Shown here piece by piece: positions 51,615 through 60,811 of a DNA stretch of 64,000 bases. Numbering within the stretch: position 1 is the first letter of the stretch; each line of letters opens with the position of its first letter. Below the pieces are notes generated by a model. That model did not search any database, was not told where the DNA came from, and worked only from the letters and a program-made list of their open reading frames with translations. This DNA comes from an uncultured delta proteobacterium (GTDB lineage Bacteria; Myxococcota; Myxococcia; Myxococcales; Myxococcaceae): positions 448,001-512,000 of the forward strand of contig CAVZMH010000016.1 in NCBI GenBank assembly GCA_963776345.1, in the 5' to 3' direction. The translations under genes were made by a program, and so were the position numbers.

Positions 51615-53462
51615 ATGATTCCTCGCGAAAACATCCGGAACGTGGCCATCGTGGCCCACGTCGACCACGGCAAGACCACCCTGGTCGACCACATGCTGCG
51701 CCAGGCGGGGGTGTTCCGCTCGAACGAGGCACTGACCGACCGGGTCATGGACTCGAACGACCTGGAGCGTGAGAAGGGCATCACCATCCTCGCCAAGAAC
51801 ACCGCGGTGCAGTACCGCGGACACCAGATCAACATCATCGACACCCCCGGCCACGCGGACTTCGGCGGGGAGGTCGAGCGCGGGCTCCGGCTGGTGGACG
51901 GCGTGCTCCTCCTGGTGGACGCCGCCGAGGGCCCGCTCCCGCAGACGCGGTTCGTGCTCTCCAAGGCCCTGTCGATGGGCCTGAAGACGGTGCTGGTGAT
52001 CAACAAGATCGACCGGCAGGACGCGCGCCCGCGCGAGGTGCTGGACCAGGTCTACTCGCTGTACATCGACCTCGGGGCGGACGAGTCGCAGATCGACTTC
52101 CCGGTGCTCTACGCCGTCGCCCGCGCCGGCCAGGCCTCGCCCTCGCTCGCCCAGCCCGGAGAGGACCTGCGGCCGCTGTTCGAGTCGATCCTCTCGCACA
52201 TCCCGCCGCCGCCCGCCCCGGCCGAGGGTGAGGATCGGCTGAAGCTCCTGGTCGCCAACCTGGACTACGACGACTACGTCGGTCGTCTGGCCATCGGCCG
52301 GGTCCACTCGGGCCGCATCACCTCGGGCGCGTCCCTGGCGGTGGTGCGCGACGGCAACAAGGTCGAGCCAGGCAAGGTGCTGAAGCTCTACGGCTTCTCG
52401 GGGCTGAAGCGGGTGGAGATCGCCGACGCGGGCCCGGGCGAGCTGGTGAGCGTCGCCGGCATCGAGCAGGTGAGCATCGGGGACACGCTGGCCGATCCCG
52501 AGTCCCCGGTCGCCCTGCCCCGCATCACGGTGGACGAGCCCACCATGATGATGGTCTTCCGGGTCAATGACGGCCCGCTCGCCGGCCGCGAGGGGAAGTA
52601 CGTCACCTCACGGAACCTGCGCGAGCGGCTCTACCGCGAGGCCTACCGGAACGTCTCCATCCGGGTGGAGGACACCGAGACCCCGGACGCCTTCCGGGTC
52701 GTCGGGCGCGGCGAGCTCCAGCTCGCGGTGATCATCGAGACCATGCGCCGCGAGGGCTACGAGCTCACCGCGAGCAATCCCGAGCCCCTCACCCGCGAGG
52801 TCGACGGACAGGTACACGAGCCGATGGAGCTGATGGTCTGCGACGTGCCGGAGGCCTCGGTGGGCGCGGTGACCGAACGGCTCGGCCCCCGGAAGGGCCG
52901 GATGACGGACATGACCGCGCTGGGCAGCGGGCGGACCCGGCTCACCTTCCGCATTCCCGCGCGCGGGCTGGTGGGCTTCCGGAGCGAGTTCCTCACCATC
53001 ACCCGCGGCGAGGGCATCATGTCCTCGCAGTTCGACGGCTACGAGCCCTGGTTCGGCTACATCCCCAAGCGCAGCAACGGGGCCATCGTCTCCGACCGGC
53101 AGGGCGACACCGTGCCCTACGCGCTGTTCTCCATCCAGGAGCGCGGCTCGCTCTTCGTCGGCCCCGGCGTCCAGGTCTACGAGGGGATGATCATCGGCGA
53201 GAACGCCCACCCCTCGGACCTCAACGTCAACGCCTGCCGGGAGAAGAAGCTGACCAACATCCGGGCCGCGGGCCGGGACGAGAACGTCATCCTCACCACG
53301 CCTCGCGAGATGTCGCTGGAGCGCGCGCTGGAGTGGATCGCGCCGGACGAGCTGGTGGAGGTCACCCCGAAGTCGGTGCGGATGCGCAAGCGCGTGCTGG
53401 CCACCGGCGAGCGGTACAAGGCCGACCGGGACCGGAAGCGCGACCAGCTCGCCTCGGGCTGA
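51615..53462 (+). CDS. typA: Translational GTPase TypA/BipA
   Basis: [30 protein letters not shown] and KKLTNIRA. Confidence 0.96.
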   Translation: MIPRENIRNVAIVAHVDHGKTTLVDHMLRQAGVFRSNEALTDRVMDSNDLEREKGITILAKNTAVQYRGHQINIIDTPGHADFGGEVERGLRLVDGVLLLVDAAEGPLPQTRFVLSKALSMGLKTVLVINKIDRQDARPREVLDQVYSLYIDLGADESQIDFPVLYAVARAGQASPSLAQPGEDLRPLFESILSHIPPPPAPAEGEDRLKLLVANLDYDDYVGRLAIGRVHSGRITSGASLAVVRDGNKVEPGKVLKLYGFSGLKRVEIADAGPGELVSVAGIEQVSIGDTLADPESPVALPRITVDEPTMMMVFRVNDGPLAGREGKYVTSRNLRERLYREAYRNVSIRVEDTETPDAFRVVGRGELQLAVIIETMRREGYELTASNPEPLTREVDGQVHEPMELMVCDVPEASVGAVTERLGPRKGRMTDMTALGSGRTRLTFRIPARGLVGFRSEFLTITRGEGIMSSQFDGYEPWFGYIPKRSNGAIVSDRQGDTVPYALFSIQERGSLFVGPGVQVYEGMIIGENAHPSDLNVNACREKKLTNIRAAGRDENVILTTPREMSLERALEWIAPDELVEVTPKSVRMRKRVLATGERYKADRDRKRDQLASG

Positions 53463-53734
53463 GAGGGGCGCACCGAGCACGCCGCGGCGGCACGGGACGC
53501 GCTGCCTCGGTGGACGCTCGACGAGGCTAGGCTGCGCTGCATGCCAGAGAAGAAGGACGCTCGTGCGCGCGTCGCTGGATGACCATCACCCATCCTGCGA
53601 GCGCGAGAGAGCGCAGGGAGTGGGCGCCCCTGCTGAACGAGTGACGCGGCGGTGCGCGCGCGAGCCACCCGAGGTCCCGAGGCTGGCCCGCGCCCCAGCC
53701 ATCTCCGCCCGGGGCCCCGGGGGGACCAGTCTCA

Positions 53735-53856
53735 GCGCTCAAGATGCTATAGCAATTTCCAACACAATGAGTGCGAGTTCGACCGGTGTAAGTCCTTGAA
53801 GAATCGAAGCGGGTTCACTCGGAGCGTGTGCGTGGTTGCTATAGCGTCTTGAGCGC
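53735..53856. repeat. 122-bp intergenic element with 21-bp terminal inverted repeats (ncRNA or MITE-like)
   Basis: GCGCTCAAGATGCTATAGCAA (53735-53755) versus TTGCTATAGCGTCTTGAGCGC (53836-53856), one mismatch; AT-richer than its flanks. Confidence 0.75.
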
Positions 53857-53941
53857 CGGAGCGGCGTCCTTCCCCGCCGCCCGCAATCGGCTGCCCCTCC
53901 CGCCGTGAGCCCTGAAAGCGGTCGGGTTTCGAGGGGACTCC

Positions 53942-55018
53942 ATGGCATTCGCCGGTGCACTGCTCGCCGTCTGCCTGGCTGCCGGAGGCGCGACGTGGAC
54001 GGAGGGCGACCCGGCCGCGGCGGGCATCGACCCCGTCCCCCTCCGCGCCGTGGAGGACCAGGCCCGCTCCGGCGCCCTGGTGAAGCTCACCGGGCTCCTC
54101 GTCGCCCGGCACGGGACGCTGGTCTTCGAGCGCTACTTCGGGGGCGCCGGCGCCGACACGCTCCTCGACACCCGCTCGGCGACCAAGACCCTGACCGGGT
54201 ACCTGGTCGGCGCGGCGATCGCGCGCAAGCTCCTGCGCGGCGTCTCGACCCGGGTGACGCCGTACTTCAAGGACCGGCGACCCTTCGCCAGCCCCGACCC
54301 GCGGAAGGACCGCATCACGGTCGAGGATCTCCTCACCATGAGCTCGCTCCTCGAGTGCGACGACTGGAACCAGTTCAGCCGCGGGAACGAGGAGCGGATG
54401 TACCTCATCGAGGACTGGGTGAAGTTCACGCTCGACCTCCCCATCCGCGGCTTCCCCTCGTTCGCCACCCGGCCCGAGGACGGCCGCTACGGCCGGAGCT
54501 TCAGCTACTGCACCGCCGGCGTCGCCACGCTCGGGTTCCTGCTCGAGCGCGCGGTGCACGAGCCGCTCGACCGCTTCGCGGACCGGGCGCTCTTCAAGCC
54601 CTTGGGGATCGACCGGCGCGAGTGGGCGCGCTCGCCGCAGGGAACCGTCCAGACCGGCGGGGGGCTCCGGCTCCGCGGACGCGACCTCCTCGCCCTGGCG
54701 CAGCTCGGGCTCGACCGGGGCCAGTGGCGCGGCGCCCGGGTGCTCGATGCGGCGTGGCTCGCCGAGTCCACACGCGCCCACGCGCAGATCGACGAGCAGA
54801 CCGAGTACGGCTACCTCTGGTGGCTGAAGGACCTCCCCTGGCGCGAGCGGAAGGTCCGCGTCGTCTTCATGTCCGGCAACGGCGGGAACAAGATCGGCTT
54901 CGTTCCGGAGCTGGACCTCGCCTTCGCCATCACCAGCAACAATTACGGCGCCCGGGGGATGCACGAGCAGACCGAGCGCGTGCTGGTCCAGCAGGTCCTC
55001 GCCGCCGTGCGTCCCTGA
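53942..55018 (+). CDS. Secreted serine hydrolase, beta-lactamase (AmpC/NylB-like) family
   Basis: SATK (SxxK), LLTMSS, FSYCT, YGYLWW and SGNGG motifs; signal peptide. Confidence 0.9.
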   Translation: MAFAGALLAVCLAAGGATWTEGDPAAAGIDPVPLRAVEDQARSGALVKLTGLLVARHGTLVFERYFGGAGADTLLDTRSATKTLTGYLVGAAIARKLLRGVSTRVTPYFKDRRPFASPDPRKDRITVEDLLTMSSLLECDDWNQFSRGNEERMYLIEDWVKFTLDLPIRGFPSFATRPEDGRYGRSFSYCTAGVATLGFLLERAVHEPLDRFADRALFKPLGIDRREWARSPQGTVQTGGGLRLRGRDLLALAQLGLDRGQWRGARVLDAAWLAESTRAHAQIDEQTEYGYLWWLKDLPWRERKVRVVFMSGNGGNKIGFVPELDLAFAITSNNYGARGMHEQTERVLVQQVLAAVRP

Positions 55019-55047
55019 GCCGGCGACGGCCGATCAGCGGGGCGGTG

Positions 55048-55713
<666 letters not shown>

Positions 55714-55816
55714 GGTCGCTGCTCCTCGCTGGTACGCCGCCCCGGGCCATGCGCCGCCCTCTCCCGCGAGGGGGGTGGCCGGGAAGCGGGGCTACATAAC
55801 AGCTTGCCGGGAGGCG

Positions 55817-56386
55817 TCAAGGCGCGAGGAACCGCCCGAGGGCCTCGTCCAGCCCGGAGGCGCTGTCGGTGGGGAGCGCCGGTCCCTCCAGCCGGGCCTG
55901 CGGACGCCCCGACGCCCCGAGCCGCACCAGGGCCGGGACGGTGTGCATGGGCTGGCCGAGGACGGGCCCGGGCGGCAGCGCGTCGACGTCCACCTCGACC
56001 AGCCACCAGCCCTCGAGCACCGGGCGGTTGCTCTCCCGGGCGAAGGCGGCGTCGAGCGCCCGGCACGGCTCGCACCACGGCGCGCCGAGCGCCACCAGGA
56101 CCCGAGCGCCGGAGCGGGCCGCCTGCTGCGCGAGGGCACGGAGCCCCGGCTCGAGCCGGCGCGGATCCACCTTCACCCGGTGGATCAGCGGAGGGCGCGG
56201 CGCCGCGGTCGGTGGAGCCGCGGGGGCGCCGGGCGGAAGCTCCTCGGTGAGCGGCGGCGGCCCGGCATCGGCCGCGGTGAGGAGGAGGACGGCCAGGGCC
56301 GGGGCCAGTGCGCGGAGCAGGGCGCTCGCGGGACCTGTTCCGGGCGCCTCGGCGATGGCTGGTCCATGCGGCGGATCTCCGTGCAC
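55817..56386 (-). CDS. Thioredoxin-like protein
   Basis: GAPWCEPC, VDVD and TVP motifs after a hydrophobic segment; start uncertain. Confidence 0.7.
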   Translation of the reverse strand: MHGDPPHGPAIAEAPGTGPASALLRALAPALAVLLLTAADAGPPPLTEELPPGAPAAPPTAAPRPPLIHRVKVDPRRLEPGLRALAQQAARSGARVLVALGAPWCEPCRALDAAFARESNRPVLEGWWLVEVDVDALPPGPVLGQPMHTVPALVRLGASGRPQARLEGPALPTDSASGLDEALGRFLAP

Positions 56387-56471
56387 CGGGGCAGAGCTAC
56401 CACGAGCACGACGCGGGGTCCGTCGAGTCCGTAACGAGGGCAGCAACGAATGGTCGCTCGCGAGGTCTCAC

Positions 56472-56771
56472 ATGGACGGTCTCGACATCCAGCTGGAGGC
56501 AGGCGAGCACCGACTGGTGCTGCGGCTCACGGGCACGCTGGACGGGCGCACCGCCCACGCGGTGACCGAGGCGCTCCGGGAGCTGCCGCCGGTCCCGCTC
56601 ACCGTGGATTTTTCCCAGGTGCGCACCTTCGTCGACCTCTCGGTCAATCCACTCACCCGTGCGCTCCGGGACCGACCCGTCTCGCTCACGGGGCTGGGGA
56701 GACACCAGGCACGGATGTTCCGGTACTTCGGGCTCCGGACGGACGAGCCCGCGCAGTCCGCCGAGGCGTGA
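56472..56771 (+). CDS. STAS domain (anti-sigma antagonist-like) protein
   Basis: LRLTGTLDG and VDFSQVRTFVD; GAGGT RBS; 99 aa. Confidence 0.75.
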   Translation: MDGLDIQLEAGEHRLVLRLTGTLDGRTAHAVTEALRELPPVPLTVDFSQVRTFVDLSVNPLTRALRDRPVSLTGLGRHQARMFRYFGLRTDEPAQSAEA

Positions 56772-56808
56772 GCGAGGCGCGCGCGGAGTAGACTGCCCCT
56801 CGCCAAAC

Positions 56809-57786
56809 GTGACCGCCCCCGCACTCCCCCGTTCCCCGCTCGCCGCCTCCGCCGCGCGCTCCCTGCTCACCCGGGCCAGCGATGCGCTCTGTCGCGTCGT
56901 CCGCGGCAAGCGCCCCACCGTCGAACTCGCGCTCACCACCCTGGTCGCGGGAGGGCACCTGCTGCTCGAGGACGCGCCCGGCGTGGGCAAGACCACGCTC
57001 GCCGAGGGGCTGGCGCGGGTCTGTGGACTGCGCATGGCCCGCATCCAGTTCACCGCGGATCTGATGCCCGCCGACGTCACCGGCGTCCAGGTGTTCTCGC
57101 CCTCGAGCGGCGAGTTCCAGTTCCGCCCCGGCCCGCTCTTCCACGAGCTGGTCCTCGCCGACGAGCTGAACCGCGCGCCGCCCCGGACCCAGTCCGCGCT
57201 GCTCGAGGCCATGGCCCACGCCCACGTCACGATCGACGGCACCACGCATCTGCTGCCGCGGCCCTTCGTCGTCGTGGCCACCCAGAACCCGCTCGACCTC
57301 GCCGGCACCTACCCGCTCCCGGACGCGCAGCTGGACCGCTTCCTGCTGCGGCTCACGCTCGGGCACCCGTCGCCCGAGGTGGAGGCGGAGCTGGTCGCCA
57401 CCCGCGGCCTCGGCGAGCCGGTCTCCTCGCTGGCGCCGGTGCTGGACCCGGAGCAGCTGCGCTCGCTCCAGGCGCGCGCTGCGACCATCCACGTCGCGCC
57501 CGAGGTGGCCCACTACGTGGTGGCGCTCGCCCAGGCCACCCGGGAGCACCCGGGCCTCGAGCGCGGCGCGTCCACCCGCGCGGTGCTCTCGCTGACCGCC
57601 GCGGCGCGCGCCCGGGCGCTGTGGGACGCGCGCGACTTCGTCATCCCCCAGGACGTGGCGGACCTCCTGGTGCCCTCGCTCGCGCACCGGGTGGTGCCGC
57701 GGGGCGCCACGCAGGGGCTCGCCGCGCGCGAGGAGGCCAGCGCGCTCCTCGAGTCGGTGCTGGGGTCGGTGCCCGCGCCGCGATGA
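56809..57786 (+). CDS. MoxR family AAA+ ATPase
   Basis: LLEDAPGVGKT, RIQFTADL, DELNRAPP, ATQNP and QLDRF. Confidence 0.94.
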   Translation: MTAPALPRSPLAASAARSLLTRASDALCRVVRGKRPTVELALTTLVAGGHLLLEDAPGVGKTTLAEGLARVCGLRMARIQFTADLMPADVTGVQVFSPSSGEFQFRPGPLFHELVLADELNRAPPRTQSALLEAMAHAHVTIDGTTHLLPRPFVVVATQNPLDLAGTYPLPDAQLDRFLLRLTLGHPSPEVEAELVATRGLGEPVSSLAPVLDPEQLRSLQARAATIHVAPEVAHYVVALAQATREHPGLERGASTRAVLSLTAAARARALWDARDFVIPQDVADLLVPSLAHRVVPRGATQGLAAREEASALLESVLGSVPAPR

Positions 57787-58742
57787 GGTCCCGGAGGGAG
57801 CGGCTCGCCCGAGCCTGGCGCCGGTTCTGGACGCCGCCACGGCGCCTGCGGACCACCCCGGCTGGACGGACCTATCTCGTCTTGACCTTCGGCGTGGGGC
57901 TCGGCGCGCTGAACACCGGCAACAACCTCCTGTACCTGGTGCTCGGGCTCCAGCTGTCCACCATCATCGTGTCCGGCATCCTCTCCGAGCGCTGCGTGCG
58001 CCGGGTCCAGGTGCGGAGGCTGCTCCCGCCCTCGCCCCGGGCCCGGACGCCCTTCCACCTCGGCTGGGGGCTGCGCCTGGGCAAGGGCCATTCCTTCGCG
58101 CTCGCGGTGTCCGAGGTCCACCCGCTCCTGGGCGCCTCGGTGGGGCGGCTGGCCTGGCTCCCGCCCGGCGAGGAGGTCGTGGTGCGCGCGGTGGCCACCG
58201 CGCCGCGCCGGGGTCCGCTCCCGCTCCACGCCATCCGCATCTCGACCACCTTCCCCTTCGGGCTCTTCGTGAAGAGCCGTGACCTCGAGGCCCCGGGCGA
58301 GCTCCTGGTCCTCCCGGGCCGCGTCCCCGCCCCGCCCGAGCCGCCCAACCCCGCCAGCGGGCTCGGGCTCGAGCAGCGCTCGGTGCGCGGGCAGGACGGG
58401 GGCGGCGATCTCGCCCAGCTCCGGGAGCTGCGCGACGGGGAGGACGCCCGGCGCATCCACTGGCGGAAGAGCGCCCAGCTCGGGACGCTGCTCCGGGTGG
58501 AGCGAGACGCCCAGCCGCAGCCACGGGTGGTGCTCCAGCTGGACGACCGCGCGCCGCCGGAGGCGCTGGACGGAACCTGCGAGGAGCTCGCGGCCCGGGC
58601 CGAGATGCTGCTCGCCCGCGGCGCGGAGGTGGGGCTGGAGAGCACCGGCGGCCTCCGGATCAACCCCGGGGCCGGCGCCCACCACTCCCAGGCCATCCTC
58701 CGTGCGCTCGCCCGGGCTGGCCACCGGGAGGCTCCGGGATGA
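57783..58742 (+). CDS. DUF58 domain membrane protein
   Basis: ALNTGNNLLY, FPFGL and RIHWRKSA; ATGA overlap with MoxR. Confidence 0.9.
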   Translation: MRSRRERLARAWRRFWTPPRRLRTTPAGRTYLVLTFGVGLGALNTGNNLLYLVLGLQLSTIIVSGILSERCVRRVQVRRLLPPSPRARTPFHLGWGLRLGKGHSFALAVSEVHPLLGASVGRLAWLPPGEEVVVRAVATAPRRGPLPLHAIRISTTFPFGLFVKSRDLEAPGELLVLPGRVPAPPEPPNPASGLGLEQRSVRGQDGGGDLAQLRELRDGEDARRIHWRKSAQLGTLLRVERDAQPQPRVVLQLDDRAPPEALDGTCEELAARAEMLLARGAEVGLESTGGLRINPGAGAHHSQAILRALARAGHREAPG

Positions 58743-60730
58743 AGCCTGCCCGGCTCCGTCTCGTGCTCCGGGACCTCGCCGCGGCCGCGGCGTTCTCGGC
58801 CATGGCCATCTCGGGCCAGGTGCCGCTCTGGACGGTGGGGCTGTTCGTCGCCGCCCTCGCGGTCGGGCTCGCAGGCCGCCGGCCGCTCGCCGATGGCAGA
58901 GTGAGTGCGGTGGCGTTGCTGGTGGCGGTGGTCGTCCTCTACGCAGCGGTGGTGCTGGAGGAGCTGGACCTGGTGGTGGCCGCCTGCACCACGGCGTCGC
59001 TCCTCACCGCCCAGCGGATGCTGTCCCGGCCGACGCCCCGGACCAGCGACCAGGTCCACCTGGCGTCCCTCCTGATGATCGCCGGTGGCGCGGTGCTCAG
59101 CGCCGACCTCCTCTTCGCCCTGTGCCTCTTCCTGTACTCGGTGCTCGCCGTCCTGTCGCAGGGCCTCTCGGTGCTGGCCGAGGCCGGCGGCGGCCCCTTC
59201 CCGCCGCTCCGGCGGGTCCTCCGTCCGCTCGCAGCGGGGGTTCTGCTGGCGGTCGCCGGAGCGCTGGCCTTCTTCGTGCTCTTCCCGCGCCTGTCGTGGA
59301 ACGTGGCGGCACGCCGTGGCGGGGCCTCGCTCGGGCCCGCGACCACGGGCTTCGCCGACGGGCTCCGGCTCGGCGGCACGGGGCTCCTCAAGTCCAACCC
59401 GCGGGTGGTGTTCCGGGTCCGCCTCGAGCCGGACCCGGAGACCGAGCAGCTCGACGCCTACTGGGTGGGGAGGCGGTTCGACGTCTTCGATGGCGTGGAG
59501 TGGTCCACGGCTGGTCGCCCCGGCTCGCCCGTCCGCCAGGTGCTGCTGGGGCGCCAGGAGCCGGAGCTGGTGCGCCAGGAGTTCGACCTCTTGCCGGCGT
59601 ACGGCAGCCGGACCCTGGTCGCCCTCGACGCGCCGGTGGTCTTCACCGACGCCGAGATGCACCACCCGACGTTCACCGTGCGCACCGAGCTGGTGCCCTC
59701 GGGCGACCGCGAGGTCCGGATCCTGGGGCCCTCCGAGCGCGTCACCTACCGTGCCCTCAGCGCGGTCGATCGGCGAGCGCCCCGGCCGCTCGACGACGTC
59801 GAGCGGCAGCGCCGGCTCCAGCTGCCGCCACGGCTCGACCCGCGGATCCCGGCGCTCGCCGAGGAGCTCGCACAGGGCGCGGTCGGAGATCGGGCCGTCG
59901 CCCGCCAGCTCGAGCACGCCCTCCAGACCCGCTACGCCTACACGCTCGAGCTCCCGGGGAGAGTGAAGGACCCCCTGGCGGACTTCCTCTTCGACCGGCG
60001 CGCCGGGCACTGCGAGGACTTCGCCGCCGCGCTCGCCGTCCTGCTGCGAGCCCGGCAGATCCCCGCGCGGGTGGTGGTCGGCTTCCATGGCGGGGAGCGC
60101 GCGGCGGGCGAGTACCTCGTCCGCGCCGGTGACGCGCACGCCTGGGTGGAGGCCGATGTGGACGGCTACGCGCTGCGGCTCGACGCCACGCCTCCGCAGC
60201 ACCGGTCCGCCGCGGGCACCGGCCTCACCGGCTGGCTGCTGACCCGGTGGGAGGCGCTGGAGATCCGCTGGCTCGATCGGGTGGTGGAGTACTCCCTCTC
60301 CGACCAGACGCGGCTCGCGCAGGTCATCCGCTGGAAGGCGGAGGACGCGCGTCCGGCGCCGGCCCCCGCCCGGCCGGACGGAAGCGTGGCAGTGGCGCTC
60401 GGCGTGCTGGGCGCGGCGCTGCTCGCCGCCGCGCTGCTCGGCCGTCGGGCGGCCGCCGGCGACGCCGAGGACCTCGGACGCGCGCTCCGGCGGCTGCTCC
60501 GCCGGCGCGGCCGGCTCGGCCCCGCCGGATGGCTGGATGGCGCGCGGGTGGGCGAGGCGGAGCTCGCGCCGGTCCGCGAGGGCATCGCGCGCTACCGCGA
60601 AGCGCGGTTCGGGCGCCGTCCGCTCGGGCCGGGAGAGGGGCGGCGACTGCTGCGGCAAGCCAGCCGGGCGCTCCGTTCGGTGCCCTCCCCCTCCGCTCCC
60701 TCGGCGCCGCCCCCGACGTCCGTGGCGTGA
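58739..60730 (+). CDS. DUF3488 / transglutaminase (TgpA-like) membrane protein
   Basis: Multi-TM N-terminus, LFPR, GHCEDFA, ARVVVGF, AHAWVE and DATP catalytic motifs. Confidence 0.92.
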   Translation: MKPARLRLVLRDLAAAAAFSAMAISGQVPLWTVGLFVAALAVGLAGRRPLADGRVSAVALLVAVVVLYAAVVLEELDLVVAACTTASLLTAQRMLSRPTPRTSDQVHLASLLMIAGGAVLSADLLFALCLFLYSVLAVLSQGLSVLAEAGGGPFPPLRRVLRPLAAGVLLAVAGALAFFVLFPRLSWNVAARRGGASLGPATTGFADGLRLGGTGLLKSNPRVVFRVRLEPDPETEQLDAYWVGRRFDVFDGVEWSTAGRPGSPVRQVLLGRQEPELVRQEFDLLPAYGSRTLVALDAPVVFTDAEMHHPTFTVRTELVPSGDREVRILGPSERVTYRALSAVDRRAPRPLDDVERQRRLQLPPRLDPRIPALAEELAQGAVGDRAVARQLEHALQTRYAYTLELPGRVKDPLADFLFDRRAGHCEDFAAALAVLLRARQIPARVVVGFHGGERAAGEYLVRAGDAHAWVEADVDGYALRLDATPPQHRSAAGTGLTGWLLTRWEALEIRWLDRVVEYSLSDQTRLAQVIRWKAEDARPAPAPARPDGSVAVALGVLGAALLAAALLGRRAAAGDAEDLGRALRRLLRRRGRLGPAGWLDGARVGEAELAPVREGIARYREARFGRRPLGPGEGRRLLRQASRALRSVPSPSAPSAPPPTSVA

Positions 60731-60811
60731 CGACACCGCCCGACCGGCGGCTCCATCCCGGGGCCCGTTGTCTTTCCTCGGTCCTCGGCTAGAAGGGTCG
60801 GCTCGCCCCCG

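Noticed and set aside
53735..53856. Integron attC site or retron msr-msd
   Set aside because: The ends do not fit RYYYAAC/GTTRRRY, and there is no integrase or reverse transcriptase nearby.
56809..60730. MoxR-DUF58-transglutaminase as a new system
   Set aside because: A widespread, already recognised gene trio.
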